The notes: generated by a model from the letters alone, not told the origin. DNA of 64,000 bases from Oligoflexales bacterium (GCA_965215515.1 OZ244057.1:864001-928000), one strand, 5' to 3'. Positions 28,328 to 38,990 are shown, counted from the stretch's first letter. Made by a program: numbers and translations.

Positions 28328-28874
28328 GCACAGCTGGCAACAGCATCGACGCGTGTTCGACGCTTTGCAGGACTTGTTGCCACAGCTTGCACCGCTGGCG
28401 CAGGCCTGTATCACGACGCTGGCGGGGGGGGGCAAAATTGTGTGGATGGGCAACGGCGGCAGTGCCGCAGATTGCCAGCATCTTGCCGCCGAGCTGGTGG
28501 GGCGTTTCCACAGTGAGCGACAACCTCTGCCATCGCTAGCCCTGACCGTCGATACCTCTATCCTTACTGCAGTGGCCAATGATTTTGGCTACGAGGAAAT
28601 TTTTTCCCGCCAAATCAAAGCCCTGAGTGGCAAAAACGATCTCGTTTGTGGCATTTCGACTTCTGGACGCAGCGTCAACGTGTTGCGTGGTTTGCGTGCG
28701 GCACGCGAGCTGGGGGCGACGACCGCGGCATTGGTCGGCGAGCGGGGGTTGGCGGGTGACGTGGATTACTGCTTAGCCGTGCCCTCGGCTACGACTCCAC
28801 GTATCCAGGAATGTCACCTTTTTATCGGACACACACTGTGCGAGTGTATCGATATGCATTGGCGGGAGAAATAA
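28311..28874 (+). CDS. gmhA: Phosphoheptose isomerase
   Basis: GNGGSAAD, ANDFGY, ISTSGRS, RIQECH. Confidence 0.93.
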   Translation: MQQVIEHSWQQHRRVFDALQDLLPQLAPLAQACITTLAGGGKIVWMGNGGSAADCQHLAAELVGRFHSERQPLPSLALTVDTSILTAVANDFGYEEIFSRQIKALSGKNDLVCGISTSGRSVNVLRGLRAARELGATTAALVGERGLAGDVDYCLAVPSATTPRIQECHLFIGHTLCECIDMHWREK

Positions 28875-30611
28875 ATGCAGGTGGAGGTGAGTCGACGTGC
28901 CCGTTATTGGGCACAGGCCGCGGTATTCGATGCTGCGACACGGGAGGAAGTCGCGAAACTGTTGCAAGCGAACGACACGCAGGAACTGCGGGAGCGTTTC
29001 GGAGCGGAGTTGGAGTTCGGCACGGGTGGCATGCGTGGCTTGGTGGGAGCGGGGACAGCGCGGCTCAACGTCTACAATATCCGTAAAGCCTCCTGTGCGT
29101 TAGGCAAGTATCTGCGCAGCCAGTTTCCTGACGTGGACTTGTGTGTGGCTGTCGCCTACGATACGCGTTACCACTCGCGTCTTTTTGCCGAGACGACGTG
29201 CGCAACGCTCGCAGCTCTCGGTATTCGCACGCTGCTGACACAAGAGCCTTGCCCTGTGCCGACGTTGTCGTTTATGGTGCGGCACTTCCGCTGTCATGCG
29301 GGTGTCTGTGTCACCGCCAGCCACAACCCTCCCGCTTACAACGGTTTCAAAGTCTACTGGCAGCACGGCGGGCAAGTCGTCCCGCCGCACGACGATGGTA
29401 TCGTCGCCGCATTCGAAAAAATCAGCGACTACGGCAGTATCGCCCTGTTGCCCTACCCAGAGGCACGGCGGCAGCAGTTGACCAGCACGATCGACGACAG
29501 CATCGATGACTTGCACAGTGCTGGTTTGGCGGCTCTGGCGCGGGGCGACGATCGCGAGGTGCGGGCAGTCTATTCGCCTCTGCATGGCACGGGCGCACGT
29601 CCCGTAATGCGGGCGTTGGCTCGACTTGGTTACCGCGATGTACAGATGGTGACTGCACAATGTGATGCGGATGCAGGTTTCTCTACTGTTGCCTCTCCCA
29701 ACCCTGAAGATCCTCGCGCGTTGCAGTTGGCGGTGCAGTTGGCGCAAAAGACCGATGCGGAATTGGTGCTGGCTACCGATCCCGACTGCGATCGTCTCGG
29801 CGTAATGGTTCGGGAAGACGGAGAATTTCGGCGGGTAGATGGCAATCAGTTGTTGGTGCTGGCTGTGGAGTATGTGTTGTCGTCGGCGCAGGCCACGGGA
29901 ACATTGCGTGCCGATGATTTGGTGGTGCGCACTGTCGTGACCAGCGAGTTGGTCGATAGCATCGCGGCCCGCTACGGTGTGCACTGCGAAACGACACTGA
30001 CGGGGTTCAAATGGGTCGGACAGTTGATTGAAGATTACGAGACGGGGAAAAAACGACCGTATCGGCGCTTTTTATTGGGTGGCGAAGAGAGTTTCGGGCT
30101 TATGTATGGTCGTGACGTGCGAGATAAGGACGGGATCGCAGCTTGCTGTTTAGCGATGAAAATGACGGCTCATTTCAAAACACAGGGAATGGGGTGGTTC
30201 GAGGTGTTGGACAAAATCTACCTGCGTCACGGGGTATACCATCACGAACTGCTTTCCTTCACCCTACTCGGTCTCGACGGCAGAGCGAAGATGGCCGAGT
30301 TGCTCACTCAGTTACGTCGCACTCCGACCTGCATCGCACCGTTGCCTGTGCAGCAAGTTATCGACTATAGCACGGGCGCAGTGTGTGCCTTGCCTGCAAC
30401 CGATATGTTGCGCTTCGTACTCGCCGATGGGACGCAGATTAGCGTGCGTCCCTCTGGCACTGAACCGAAAATAAAGTTCTACCTCGCCCTCAAGCAGCCT
30501 GTGCCCGCTGCGGCTGCCTTGCCACATAGCAAGCGTGCCTGCGCCACACGTGCCCATGAGCTAAAGCGGCACCTACAGACATTGTGCGAGTGTACGGGAA
30601 AGAAACGCTAG
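28875..30611 (+). CDS. Phosphoglucomutase/phosphomannomutase
   Basis: FGTGGMRG, TASHNP, DPDCDR, GEESFG, RPSGTEPK. Confidence 0.92.
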   Translation: MQVEVSRRARYWAQAAVFDAATREEVAKLLQANDTQELRERFGAELEFGTGGMRGLVGAGTARLNVYNIRKASCALGKYLRSQFPDVDLCVAVAYDTRYHSRLFAETTCATLAALGIRTLLTQEPCPVPTLSFMVRHFRCHAGVCVTASHNPPAYNGFKVYWQHGGQVVPPHDDGIVAAFEKISDYGSIALLPYPEARRQQLTSTIDDSIDDLHSAGLAALARGDDREVRAVYSPLHGTGARPVMRALARLGYRDVQMVTAQCDADAGFSTVASPNPEDPRALQLAVQLAQKTDAELVLATDPDCDRLGVMVREDGEFRRVDGNQLLVLAVEYVLSSAQATGTLRADDLVVRTVVTSELVDSIAARYGVHCETTLTGFKWVGQLIEDYETGKKRPYRRFLLGGEESFGLMYGRDVRDKDGIAACCLAMKMTAHFKTQGMGWFEVLDKIYLRHGVYHHELLSFTLLGLDGRAKMAELLTQLRRTPTCIAPLPVQQVIDYSTGAVCALPATDMLRFVLADGTQISVRPSGTEPKIKFYLALKQPVPAAAALPHSKRACATRAHELKRHLQTLCECTGKKR

Positions 30612-30669
30612 AGTCCCTGCGTTTTTTTGTGTTACATCGCTGTCTGACCGCCGTGTCTGGCGTGGGGAG

Positions 30670-32067
30670 GTGTCTGTGACCATCGACTTGCAACAGCTGC
30701 ACCGCGTGCAGCGGGATTATTTTGCTCGTGGTGTTACTCGTGCCTATGCTTTTCGGCACCGCGCCCTGACGACCTTGCAAGCTGCCTTGTGTCAGTACCA
30801 CCGTGACATTACTGCGGCCCTCCATGCTGACCTGCGCAAGCCTGCTTTTGAAGCGGTGATGGGTGAAATCGATATCACTCAACAGGAGTTAGCCTATACT
30901 CGTCGGCATCTCAAACGCTGGATGGCGTGTCGCCGCGTTCGCACCCCGTTGTTGCACTTCCCTTCTCGCAGCTACACGCAATACGAGCCGCGCGGTAGTG
31001 TACTCATCATTTCTCCCTGGAATTATCCGCTGCAGCTAGCGTTATCGCCTTTGATCGCCGCGCTTGCCGCAGGCAATTGTGTGGTGTTGAAGCCATCCGA
31101 GCATGCCACCCAGACCAGTGCTTTGTTGCAGCGCATGTTGTCCTCCTGTTTCCCGCCTGAGCATGTACAGGTTGTCGAGGGGGGTATCGAGACGAGCGAT
31201 GTGCTGCTCGGTATGCCTTTCGATCATATTTTTTTCATCGGCAGTCACACGGTGGGCAAGATTGTCATGGCCAAAGCTGCTCGCCATCTCGTTTCGGTGA
31301 CGCTCGAGCTCGGTGGCAAAAGCCCCTGCATCGTCGATCGGGATGTGCCTTTGCGGGATACGGCACGTCGCATTGTCTGGGCGAAGTTTTTCAACAGTGG
31401 GCAGAGTTGTATCGCGCCCGACTACTTGCTCGTGCACACCGACAGCAAAGATGCGCTGCTTGCCGCACTGTGCCGCACCATCATCGCTTTCTACGGCGAG
31501 CGACCGCAGCGGAGCACGAGTTTGGCGCGTATCATCAACCGCCAACACTGTGAGCGACTCATCTCTTACCTGTCAGAGGGCAAAGTCATCCACGGTGGGC
31601 AATATGATCTCAACGATAATTTCATCGCCCCGACCCTGCTGGACGATTGTCGTCTCGACAGCCGCATCATGCGGGAAGAAATTTTCGGCCCCTTGCTGCC
31701 TATCTTTACTTTCCAGGACAACGCACAGCTTGCGGCTATCGTCTCTCGAAATGACAACCCGCTGGCACTGTACCTCTACAGCCGCGACAAGCGGCGCATC
31801 AGCTATGTCACCCGCAACATCGCCTTCGGCTCTGGCTGCATCAACGATGCGTTAATTCAGTACGGTATCATGGGGCTACCCTTTGGCGGCAAGGGCAACA
31901 GCGGTTTGGGCAAGTGTCACGGCAAACACGGTTTCGCGGCTTTCTCGCACCAAAAAAGCATCACCCACCGTGCCTTCGGTTTTGATCAAGCGCTACGCTT
32001 TCCCCCCTACAGCAAAAACCTCCGTCTCCTCAAACTCCTACTACGCCTTGGCCGTCCTTCTCTGTAG
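30670..32067 (+). CDS. Aldehyde dehydrogenase (ALDH3-like)
   Basis: PWNYP, LELGGKSP, GQSCIAPDY, EEIFGP. Confidence 0.92.
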   Translation: MSVTIDLQQLHRVQRDYFARGVTRAYAFRHRALTTLQAALCQYHRDITAALHADLRKPAFEAVMGEIDITQQELAYTRRHLKRWMACRRVRTPLLHFPSRSYTQYEPRGSVLIISPWNYPLQLALSPLIAALAAGNCVVLKPSEHATQTSALLQRMLSSCFPPEHVQVVEGGIETSDVLLGMPFDHIFFIGSHTVGKIVMAKAARHLVSVTLELGGKSPCIVDRDVPLRDTARRIVWAKFFNSGQSCIAPDYLLVHTDSKDALLAALCRTIIAFYGERPQRSTSLARIINRQHCERLISYLSEGKVIHGGQYDLNDNFIAPTLLDDCRLDSRIMREEIFGPLLPIFTFQDNAQLAAIVSRNDNPLALYLYSRDKRRISYVTRNIAFGSGCINDALIQYGIMGLPFGGKGNSGLGKCHGKHGFAAFSHQKSITHRAFGFDQALRFPPYSKNLRLLKLLLRLGRPSL

Positions 32068-32108
32068 GGAGGAGGTGTGTTTTTGCTCTATTTTTGTGGC
32101 TGGACATG

Positions 32109-32960
32109 TCGACCTTTATCAAAATCTCGGCAGATTTTAGGATGACCGTGCACCGTCGATCACTGGGGCCTGAATTGCGTCACCTGCTCGCGGACGCAGA
32201 TGGTACGCTTGCTGGGTTATGTCAACATGAGTTGGAAGACACCCTCACCGCGTGCCTGCAACGGCGCAAACCGCGACATCTCATCGCCCTCGTTGCGGAG
32301 TTGATCGACCTACGTCTACCTTTGTCAGCGCTGCAACTGCTGGGAACACAGGCACGAGAACAGGCGGACGACTTTACGTTATCTTTCTGGCAAGGAGCGG
32401 CAAACATGGCTGAGGGTGACTGGTTAGCGGCAAAAAAAAACTTCTATGCTGCCCATTGCTTACGTCCTGACGAAATCGCCGTGCACGATAACCTTGCCGC
32501 CATCCTGCGTGCGGAAGGCAATACACAGGCAGCTCAGCAGTGGCTGCGGGCGGGCTTGCAGATCGATAGCAATGCAGTGCAACTGTGGTCAGCAACACAC
32601 CGCTTATGTTCAGCGAAAACATTGCTAGCATTGGCAGAAGAACTGCAGGCATGGCGTGGTGCTAGCCTCTACGCACAGCTGACAGGTGACCTTACTGCGG
32701 CCTTAGCCATCTACCGACGGGTGTTTGCAGGTGGTGAACGCAGCGGCGAGTTCCTGATCGAGTTCAGCGGCGCACTCGGTCGACAAGGCTGCTATGCCGA
32801 GCTAGGTGCGTTAGCCTGGCAAGTGCTGGGACAGGGATCATGGCCCTGGCAGGTATACGAACACTTCGCACAGGCTTTCACCCGACTCAACAATCAGCGA
32901 CAAGCACAACGCTGTACTACGTTGGCGCAGAATGCCCGCGCCCATTCATACACACCCTAG
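32109..32960 (+). CDS. TPR-like hypothetical protein (start uncertain)
   Basis: Ala/Leu helical repeats. Confidence 0.6.
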   Translation, partial: STFIKISADFRMTVHRRSLGPELRHLLADADGTLAGLCQHELEDTLTACLQRRKPRHLIALVAELIDLRLPLSALQLLGTQAREQADDFTLSFWQGAANMAEGDWLAAKKNFYAAHCLRPDEIAVHDNLAAILRAEGNTQAAQQWLRAGLQIDSNAVQLWSATHRLCSAKTLLALAEELQAWRGASLYAQLTGDLTAALAIYRRVFAGGERSGEFLIEFSGALGRQGCYAELGALAWQVLGQGSWPWQVYEHFAQAFTRLNNQRQAQRCTTLAQNARAHSYTP

Positions 32961-33077
32961 CTGGTCTCCGCTTTGTTTCGCCTGTGTGCAGAACTGCCAG
33001 GAGAGGAGCGGGAGCTTGAAAGGGGGTGCACTTTCGTTATAAAATACGCCTTTGAGTGCGACTGGGGGCATCTACAC

Positions 33078-33767
33078 ATGCCTGTAACCGACAGCCCCGT
33101 GCTGAGGACGAATTTCCGCCGCGTGCAGGCTAAGATCTCCTCGTTGTGCTCCGCCGCCGAGCGCTCTCCACCCCGTCTGCTGGTGGCCAGCAAGGGTCGC
33201 CCCGCGGCGAGCATCGCGTCCTTGCACGCTCAGGGGCAACGGGAGTTCGGGGAGAATTTCACTCACGAGCTGGAACAAAAAGCGCAACAGTTACAACATA
33301 TCGCTATCACATGGGTCTACATCGGGGTGCTGCAATCGAACAAAATCATGCGTCTCGTGCGTCTCTGCGCTGAAATCCAGTCGCTCGCCTCGCACAAACA
33401 CGCCCGCTATACCGATCGTTACGCCGCACGGTATGGCAAGCGGCCGTACCCCGTCTATCTGGCCGTCAACATCGGCAACGAACCGCAGAAACAAGGGTTC
33501 ACCGCCGCGGCGGTCGCCGCTGCCGCACAGGAGATAGCCAAGACCTGCCCTAACCTGCAAATCGAAGGCATCATGGCCGTGCCTCCGAGCAGTTATAGCG
33601 ACAGTTCCTACCCCCAACCACCCCCCGCCTACCGCGAACTGCGTCGGCTTGCATCCTGCTGCGGGCGTGGTAAACTCTCGCTAGGCATGAGTGCCGATCT
33701 CGCCCTCGCCCTGCACGCAGGCACGGATTGCGTGCGTATCGGGCGGGACATTTTCGGGGATGGCTAA
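33078..33767 (+). CDS. yggS: PLP homeostasis protein (YggS family)
   Basis: VASK, FGEN, IGVLQSNK, LSLGMSAD, VRIGRDIFG. Confidence 0.92.
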   Translation: MPVTDSPVLRTNFRRVQAKISSLCSAAERSPPRLLVASKGRPAASIASLHAQGQREFGENFTHELEQKAQQLQHIAITWVYIGVLQSNKIMRLVRLCAEIQSLASHKHARYTDRYAARYGKRPYPVYLAVNIGNEPQKQGFTAAAVAAAAQEIAKTCPNLQIEGIMAVPPSSYSDSSYPQPPPAYRELRRLASCCGRGKLSLGMSADLALALHAGTDCVRIGRDIFGDG

Positions 33768-33790
33768 CAGCACCTAGACAGGAGAAGAGC

Positions 33791-34114
33791 GTGGGACACA
33801 TGATCAACGGCTTGGCGTTCGTGCTCGACCTTATTTTCAACCTCGTACAACTGCTGGTGATTGCATCGATAATTATCAGCTGGGTCAATGCCGACCCCTA
33901 CAACCCTATCGTCCGCACTATCACCAGTGTTACCGAGCCGCTCTATCGCCCCCTGCGCCGTCTGACAAGCCGTATCCCTGGGCCGCTCGACTTCGCACCG
34001 CTGCTGCTGATTCTGATTGTTGTTTTTTTGCAGAAGAGTCTGATACCATACTTAGTAGAGCTAAGCAGGAGCTTGAACGACCACAGGGAAGTGATTGACC
34101 AGTTTCGGCGCTGA
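33791..34114 (+). CDS. yggT: YggT family membrane protein
   Basis: SWVNADPYNP, TEPLYRPLRR, LDFAP. Confidence 0.9.
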   Translation: MGHMINGLAFVLDLIFNLVQLLVIASIIISWVNADPYNPIVRTITSVTEPLYRPLRRLTSRIPGPLDFAPLLLILIVVFLQKSLIPYLVELSRSLNDHREVIDQFRR

Positions 34115-34117
34115 GTA

Positions 34118-34786
34118 ATGAACCTCGCAATAAAACTACTGGTGCTTGTCGTGGCCGCGTGTTTGTTCTGGGTGACCGCGGTGCACTCGCACGAGGCTTA
34201 CAAACGTCCCGATCACGAGGTGCAAGAGCCACCGCTGATAAACCTCTCGGCACGCGTCATCTCCGTGTTGTTTTTGGGTTTCAAACAAATCTACGATGAT
34301 TTTCTCAGCATCTGGGCGGTGCACTATCTCGCCAGCCCCAACCCTTCCATCTACGATCTCGACGCACTGGAGCGGATGCTCCACAAGATCGCCCGATCCC
34401 GACAACGGCGGGAGACAACCTACATTTTTTCCTGTTTTGTGCTGTCGCAACTCGGTCGCCCGCAAGCCTGTCCTCCTATTCTCGAACTGGGCATGGAAGT
34501 GCTGCCGAACAGCTGGCGTATCCCACTGACACTGGGCTTTATCTATACCGAAGACCTTAACGACCCGCGCAAAGCCGCCATCTACTACAACGTTTGCTCG
34601 ACACGGGAGTATTCGCCCAGCTATATCAAGGGTGTGGCACGCAAACTAGCTCAGCGCGGTGGCACAACCCTGGAAGCATTGGACCACTCGGTAGCCGAAG
34701 TGCTCGGTATTTCGAAAGAATCGGAGCTATATAAGATTCTCAAAAGAAAATACAAAGATGACGAAGATGAGGCTGAAAGCAGATAG
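34118..34786 (+). CDS. Exported TPR-like protein (PilG-like, upstream of an ABC exporter)
   Basis: N-terminal TM, ILELG..PNSWRIP..LGF motif, operon position. Confidence 0.5.
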   Translation: MNLAIKLLVLVVAACLFWVTAVHSHEAYKRPDHEVQEPPLINLSARVISVLFLGFKQIYDDFLSIWAVHYLASPNPSIYDLDALERMLHKIARSRQRRETTYIFSCFVLSQLGRPQACPPILELGMEVLPNSWRIPLTLGFIYTEDLNDPRKAAIYYNVCSTREYSPSYIKGVARKLAQRGGTTLEALDHSVAEVLGISKESELYKILKRKYKDDEDEAESR

Positions 34787-35762
34787 TGTTGAAAGGGGGG
34801 AAGGGTTGGATTCACAATTTTTAGCAGCTACCAACGTGACCAAGACTTATCGCGCGGGGGCGTTCAAAAGCAAAGTTGCCGTGCTCGACGGCCTGACGAT
34901 TGCCTTTCCATTGCACAAATGCACGGGCTTATTCGGTCACAACGGTGCGGGCAAGACAACTTTGATCCGCTTGATTTTCGGCATCAGCAATCCCACTAAA
35001 GGGCATATCACCCTCGATGGCACCGATATTGCGCAGATGGATCGCAGTCGTATCGGCTACATGCCCGAAGTCGACAAGACCGCCAACGTGCTCACGCCCT
35101 GGGAAATTCTTGTAAACCACTGTGCGATCTTTCGGGTCGACAACCCCAAAGAAAAAACAACCGCGGCACTGCGGCGGGTAGGCCTATTAGCGAGCAAAGA
35201 CAAAAAGTCACGAGAGTTGTCTAAAGGTATGGGGCGACGGCTAGCATTTGCCCAGGCTGTTATTCACGAGCCGCAGTTTTTAGTGCTGGACGAGCCGTTT
35301 GCAGGACTTGACCCGTTGGGACGAGCGGAGATGCACGGCTGGATCAACATGCAGAAAGACAAAGGCACAACCATCATCCTCTGCTCCCACGAGCTGAAGG
35401 AAGCGTATGCTCTCTGCGACGAGTTCAACATCATCAGAAAGGGACGGCTGGTCTACTCAACCCTCCACGCTGATCACGACTGCGCACAACTGCAGCACGC
35501 CTGCGTACTCAAAGTACGTGCGGTAACGGTCGCGGACCTAGAGCAGTTGTGTCAGAACAAGCGACTTCCCGCCTGGCAGGAGGTAACGCAAGAAGCAGAA
35601 CAGGTCAGCATGCATTTTACCGCCTACGAACAGATACCCTCCTGGTTGACCGCCTTAAGTGATGCTGGCCACCAGATCGCCGCGTTCAGCGATGGCGGCG
35701 AGCAAATCGGCACACGGAACGACTTGTTGAAACTTTTCGATCTGGGAGAGAAAGTGGCATGA
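34758..35762 (+). CDS. ABC transporter ATP-binding protein (PilH-like)
   Basis: GHNGAGKT, LSKGM signature, LDEP, SH. Confidence 0.85.
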   Translation: MTKMRLKADSVERGEGLDSQFLAATNVTKTYRAGAFKSKVAVLDGLTIAFPLHKCTGLFGHNGAGKTTLIRLIFGISNPTKGHITLDGTDIAQMDRSRIGYMPEVDKTANVLTPWEILVNHCAIFRVDNPKEKTTAALRRVGLLASKDKKSRELSKGMGRRLAFAQAVIHEPQFLVLDEPFAGLDPLGRAEMHGWINMQKDKGTTIILCSHELKEAYALCDEFNIIRKGRLVYSTLHADHDCAQLQHACVLKVRAVTVADLEQLCQNKRLPAWQEVTQEAEQVSMHFTAYEQIPSWLTALSDAGHQIAAFSDGGEQIGTRNDLLKLFDLGEKVA

Positions 35763-36541
35763 AGTCTATCAGTATTATCGCTAGAGAAACATTCGTGTTG
35801 TTGCGGCGGGACAAGATATTTCTGCCCATGGTAGTGGTGGGTCTATGCTTGGTGTTTTTCTCCAGCATGATGCAAAGCTCCAGTGCCGACGAATTGGTGA
35901 AAGTCATGTTCAATATGGGCGCAGCAGGGTTTTTTTTCACTGGTATTATCATCTGTCTGTTGTGGGGGATCAAATCCATCTGCGAATCCCGCCGTGACGG
36001 CTCGATTGAGTTACAGCTGGCTGCCCCCGTCACCCGCAGCCAATGGTTGATCGGCAAATACCTCGGCTTGTGTTGTTCGCTGTTGCTGGTCGGGATAATT
36101 TTATTAGCCGCATTTCAACTCATGCTTTACCTCGATTTCAAAGACATCATGACCTGGAGACAGGTGTTGGTGTTCGTCTACCTGTTTATCGGCTGGCTGG
36201 TCTTCGCAGCCATCTGCACCCTTTTTGCCACCTTTTGTAATACTCCCGCGGCAACTTTCACCAGCTTCTGCGTTTGGGTAACAGGAATGCTTAGCGGTGT
36301 TATCGTCGCCACCATTCCGCCGCACAGTGAAGATTCCGCACTCGAATCATCCGTCAAGGTAATCGCCGCGTTCTGGGATTTTCAACGTTTCAACCTCGTC
36401 GATCACGCGGTCGAATACTGGGGTATCGATACGTTCCCGCCACCTGCCGATCTACTGTGGTTCGCGGCTTACGGTGTTGCCGTAGTGGTCTTGCTGTTAT
36501 CGGCAGCAACGATGATTTTCAGTTATCGAGATTTGGTGTAG
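35759..36541 (+). CDS. ABC-2 type permease (PilI-like)
   Basis: About six TM helices; PVTRSQWLIGKYLG, FSYRDL. Confidence 0.8.
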   Translation: MKSISIIARETFVLLRRDKIFLPMVVVGLCLVFFSSMMQSSSADELVKVMFNMGAAGFFFTGIIICLLWGIKSICESRRDGSIELQLAAPVTRSQWLIGKYLGLCCSLLLVGIILLAAFQLMLYLDFKDIMTWRQVLVFVYLFIGWLVFAAICTLFATFCNTPAATFTSFCVWVTGMLSGVIVATIPPHSEDSALESSVKVIAAFWDFQRFNLVDHAVEYWGIDTFPPPADLLWFAAYGVAVVVLLLSAATMIFSYRDLV

Positions 36542-36543
36542 CG

Positions 36544-36819
36544 GTGTGGCACAGTGCTGACGTAGAACAAGAAACACACGTCAAGCGCGAAAAGGCCAAA
36601 GCCAAACAGCTGCGCCGCACGCGTTGGTGGACGCAGAAACGCACCGCAGCCCGTTGTTATTACTGCCACACCGCCCTCTTACCCACACAGGTGACGATGG
36701 ATCATGTCGTCGCCCTCAGCCGCGGCGGGTGCTCCGTTAAAAACAACATCGTCACCGCCTGCCGCTCCTGCAACCAAAACAAAAAAGACCGCCACTTCGT
36801 CGATTATTTTTTATCCTAG
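36544..36819 (+). CDS. Small HNH endonuclease-family protein
   Basis: CYYC..TMDHVV..GG..NIVTACRSCN. Confidence 0.85.
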   Translation: MWHSADVEQETHVKREKAKAKQLRRTRWWTQKRTAARCYYCHTALLPTQVTMDHVVALSRGGCSVKNNIVTACRSCNQNKKDRHFVDYFLS

Positions 36820-36841
36820 TTTAAGCGAACACCCTTGCCTA

Positions 36842-36869
36842 TTGACAACGAAAGAAGAAGACTTACGTT
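36842..36869 (+). promoter_or_regulatory. Putative sigma70-type promoter of hsp20
   Basis: TTGACA-16-TACGTT. Confidence 0.4.
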
Positions 36870-36912
36870 GAGCTTGGAAACGGTTTTGTTAACTTTCTGG
36901 GGAGATAGGATA

Positions 36913-37317
36913 ATGTTAGTACCTAGTAGCTTTTTTGAAAAAAATCTTTTCGATCATTGGTTCGATCGTTGGCACGGCGACGAGGTGACGAGCTTCGTGC
37001 CCAAAGCTGGTATTGCCGAGCGGGAACGGGAGTTCGCCCTGAGCCTCGACTTGCCTGGCTTCAAGAAAAACGAGTTGGGTGTCGAGGTGAAAGACGATCA
37101 GCTGATCGTCAGGGGTGAGCGCCGCAAAAACGAAAACCACAAGGACGGCGGCTATCAGCGGGAAGAGCGTGTCTTCGGTGCTTTCGAGCGCAGATTCGTG
37201 TTACCGCAGAGTGTGGCACGCGACAAAATTGCGGTCAACTACAGCGACGGTGTCTTGCAGGTAACGCTGCCTAAGCAGGCGGAAGCGGCTGCACGTCGCC
37301 TTGAAATAAGTGGTTGA
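36913..37317 (+). CDS. Hsp20/alpha-crystallin small heat-shock protein
   Basis: DLPG, ERVFGAFERRF, YSDGVLQVTLPK. Confidence 0.92.
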   Translation: MLVPSSFFEKNLFDHWFDRWHGDEVTSFVPKAGIAEREREFALSLDLPGFKKNELGVEVKDDQLIVRGERRKNENHKDGGYQREERVFGAFERRFVLPQSVARDKIAVNYSDGVLQVTLPKQAEAAARRLEISG

Positions 37318-38296
37318 GCGTGCCGTCTACCGCGATGCCGATGTCGATGCGGCTCGCTTGCAAGACAAGTGCGTGTCCATCGTCGGCTATGGCAATCAGG
37401 GGCGTGCCCAGGCGTTGAACTTGCGAGACAGCAGGGTACGGGTGACGGTCGGTTTGCGGCCTGGCAGTGCACAGCGATCTGCTGCCCAAGCCGACGGACT
37501 GGCCGTCACCGACATCGCGACCGCGGTGCACGCAGGCGATGTGGTGATGTTGCTTGTCCCCGACGAGGTGATGGGCGAGCTCTACGCACAGGAGATCCGT
37601 TCCCACCTCAAGCCCACGGCTACCCTGGGTTTCGCGCATGGTTTTGCGGTGCACTATCGTCTCCTCGTGCCGCAAGGTGCGGTGTTTATGGTCGCCCCCA
37701 AAGGCACGGGAGCGGCATTGCGTCAGTGTTATCGTGCTGGCACGGGCTTGCCCGCGTACGTCGCGGTGCGCGACGACGAAGATCACGACACGTTGGCATT
37801 GGCGTTGGCGTACGCGCAGGCGATCGGTTGCACGAAACGGGGAGTCTTCCGCACGACTTTCCAGGAAGAGACCGAGAGCGATTTGTTCAGCGAACAGGCA
37901 GTGCTCTGCGGCGCGCTGGGCTTGTTGCTGCGGCAAGCCTTTGAGGTATTGGTGGCAGCTGGCTACGATCCCCAGTTGGCCTACTTCGAGTGCGTCACCG
38001 AAGCTAAACTAGTATGTGACCTGCTAGTCGAGGAAGGTTTTGCCAACTTCGGGAAGAAAATCTCTAACACCGCCGAACTGGGTGGCTATTTGGCAGGGGA
38101 AAAAATTATCGACCGCCGACAGCTAAAAACAAACATGCAGCAAGTGCTGCACAACATCCAAAGCGGCAAGTTTGCGCGTGACTTCATCGCCGACTACAAA
38201 AATAACTTCCGCCAGCTCAACAAGTACCGCGCCACCCTACAAAACCACCCGATCGATAAGGCAGGAAATGCCGTGCGGCAGGTGACTCAGCTTTAG
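37310..38296 (+). CDS. ilvC: Ketol-acid reductoisomerase
   Basis: GYGNQG, FAHGF, ETESDLFSEQAVLCG, ISNTAE. Confidence 0.95.
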   Translation: MVERAVYRDADVDAARLQDKCVSIVGYGNQGRAQALNLRDSRVRVTVGLRPGSAQRSAAQADGLAVTDIATAVHAGDVVMLLVPDEVMGELYAQEIRSHLKPTATLGFAHGFAVHYRLLVPQGAVFMVAPKGTGAALRQCYRAGTGLPAYVAVRDDEDHDTLALALAYAQAIGCTKRGVFRTTFQEETESDLFSEQAVLCGALGLLLRQAFEVLVAAGYDPQLAYFECVTEAKLVCDLLVEEGFANFGKKISNTAELGGYLAGEKIIDRRQLKTNMQQVLHNIQSGKFARDFIADYKNNFRQLNKYRATLQNHPIDKAGNAVRQVTQL

Positions 38297-38384
38297 CCAC
38301 GGATAAGTCTGCCGATGCTGGTAAACAACCAGCGGGCATGCAGCTGTGCGGCGGGTGCAGCCCCCCCTGGTGCAAGAAGAGCGA

Positions 38385-38861
38385 TCAAGCCGATGATCGT
38401 TCGTTATGGCGGTGGCGTTGCTCAAGATTCGTTGCCATCGTGTTGAGTTTGGTAGCCAGCCGCTGCAGCTCGTCCCTCTTGCGCAACGACACCCTACTGC
38501 TGTAGTCACCATCAGCCACCTGATCGACAAATTTCTCGATCGATACCAGCGGCCCGTAGTAGCGGTGGGTGAGTTTAAAGACCATCGCCATGGTCAGCAA
38601 CATAAACAACAGGAACAAAGCTGAAACTTTTATGATATTGGCAAAAAACACGTCGTTGGTGACCATCTCCCACTGCAGGTTGGGGTCGACAACCTCAAAA
38701 ATGCTCATGACATGCTGATACTGTTGCCAGAACGAGGACATGAACAGATAACCAGCACAGACGATGAAAACGAAGGTTGTAATGATAATATAGACCCCGA
38801 TCTTAAACTGCTTGAAAGGCTCTATGACCGTGTTTCTGAGCTTTCTATCCTTTCTCGCCAC
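38385..38861 (-). CDS. Membrane protein with HAMP domain
   Basis: Two TM helices, THRYYGPL, LRKRDELQRLA; GTG start inferred from a GAGG RBS. Confidence 0.75.
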   Translation of the reverse strand: MARKDRKLRNTVIEPFKQFKIGVYIIITTFVFIVCAGYLFMSSFWQQYQHVMSIFEVVDPNLQWEMVTNDVFFANIIKVSALFLLFMLLTMAMVFKLTHRYYGPLVSIEKFVDQVADGDYSSRVSLRKRDELQRLATKLNTMATNLEQRHRHNERSSA

Positions 38862-38990
38862 AGCTTGCCACCTCGCACATAATTTACCACTCCTCCACCT
38901 CCATTCTATCTGAGTTCGTCTTTTTCCGACAGCCAAAGATCCGAAAAACCATCCACAACTCGTGGGGAATGACAGAGATAGAATTACCTC

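Noticed and set aside
33064..33077. 14-bp match GGGGGCATCTACAC to the right end of the MITE-like element (1410-1423)
   Set aside because: No partner inverted end or extended similarity, and it doubles as the yggS RBS region; may be chance.
36544..36819. HNH gene as a mobile or defence nuclease
   Set aside because: Short stand-alone HNH type in a housekeeping operon, with no mobility signs.
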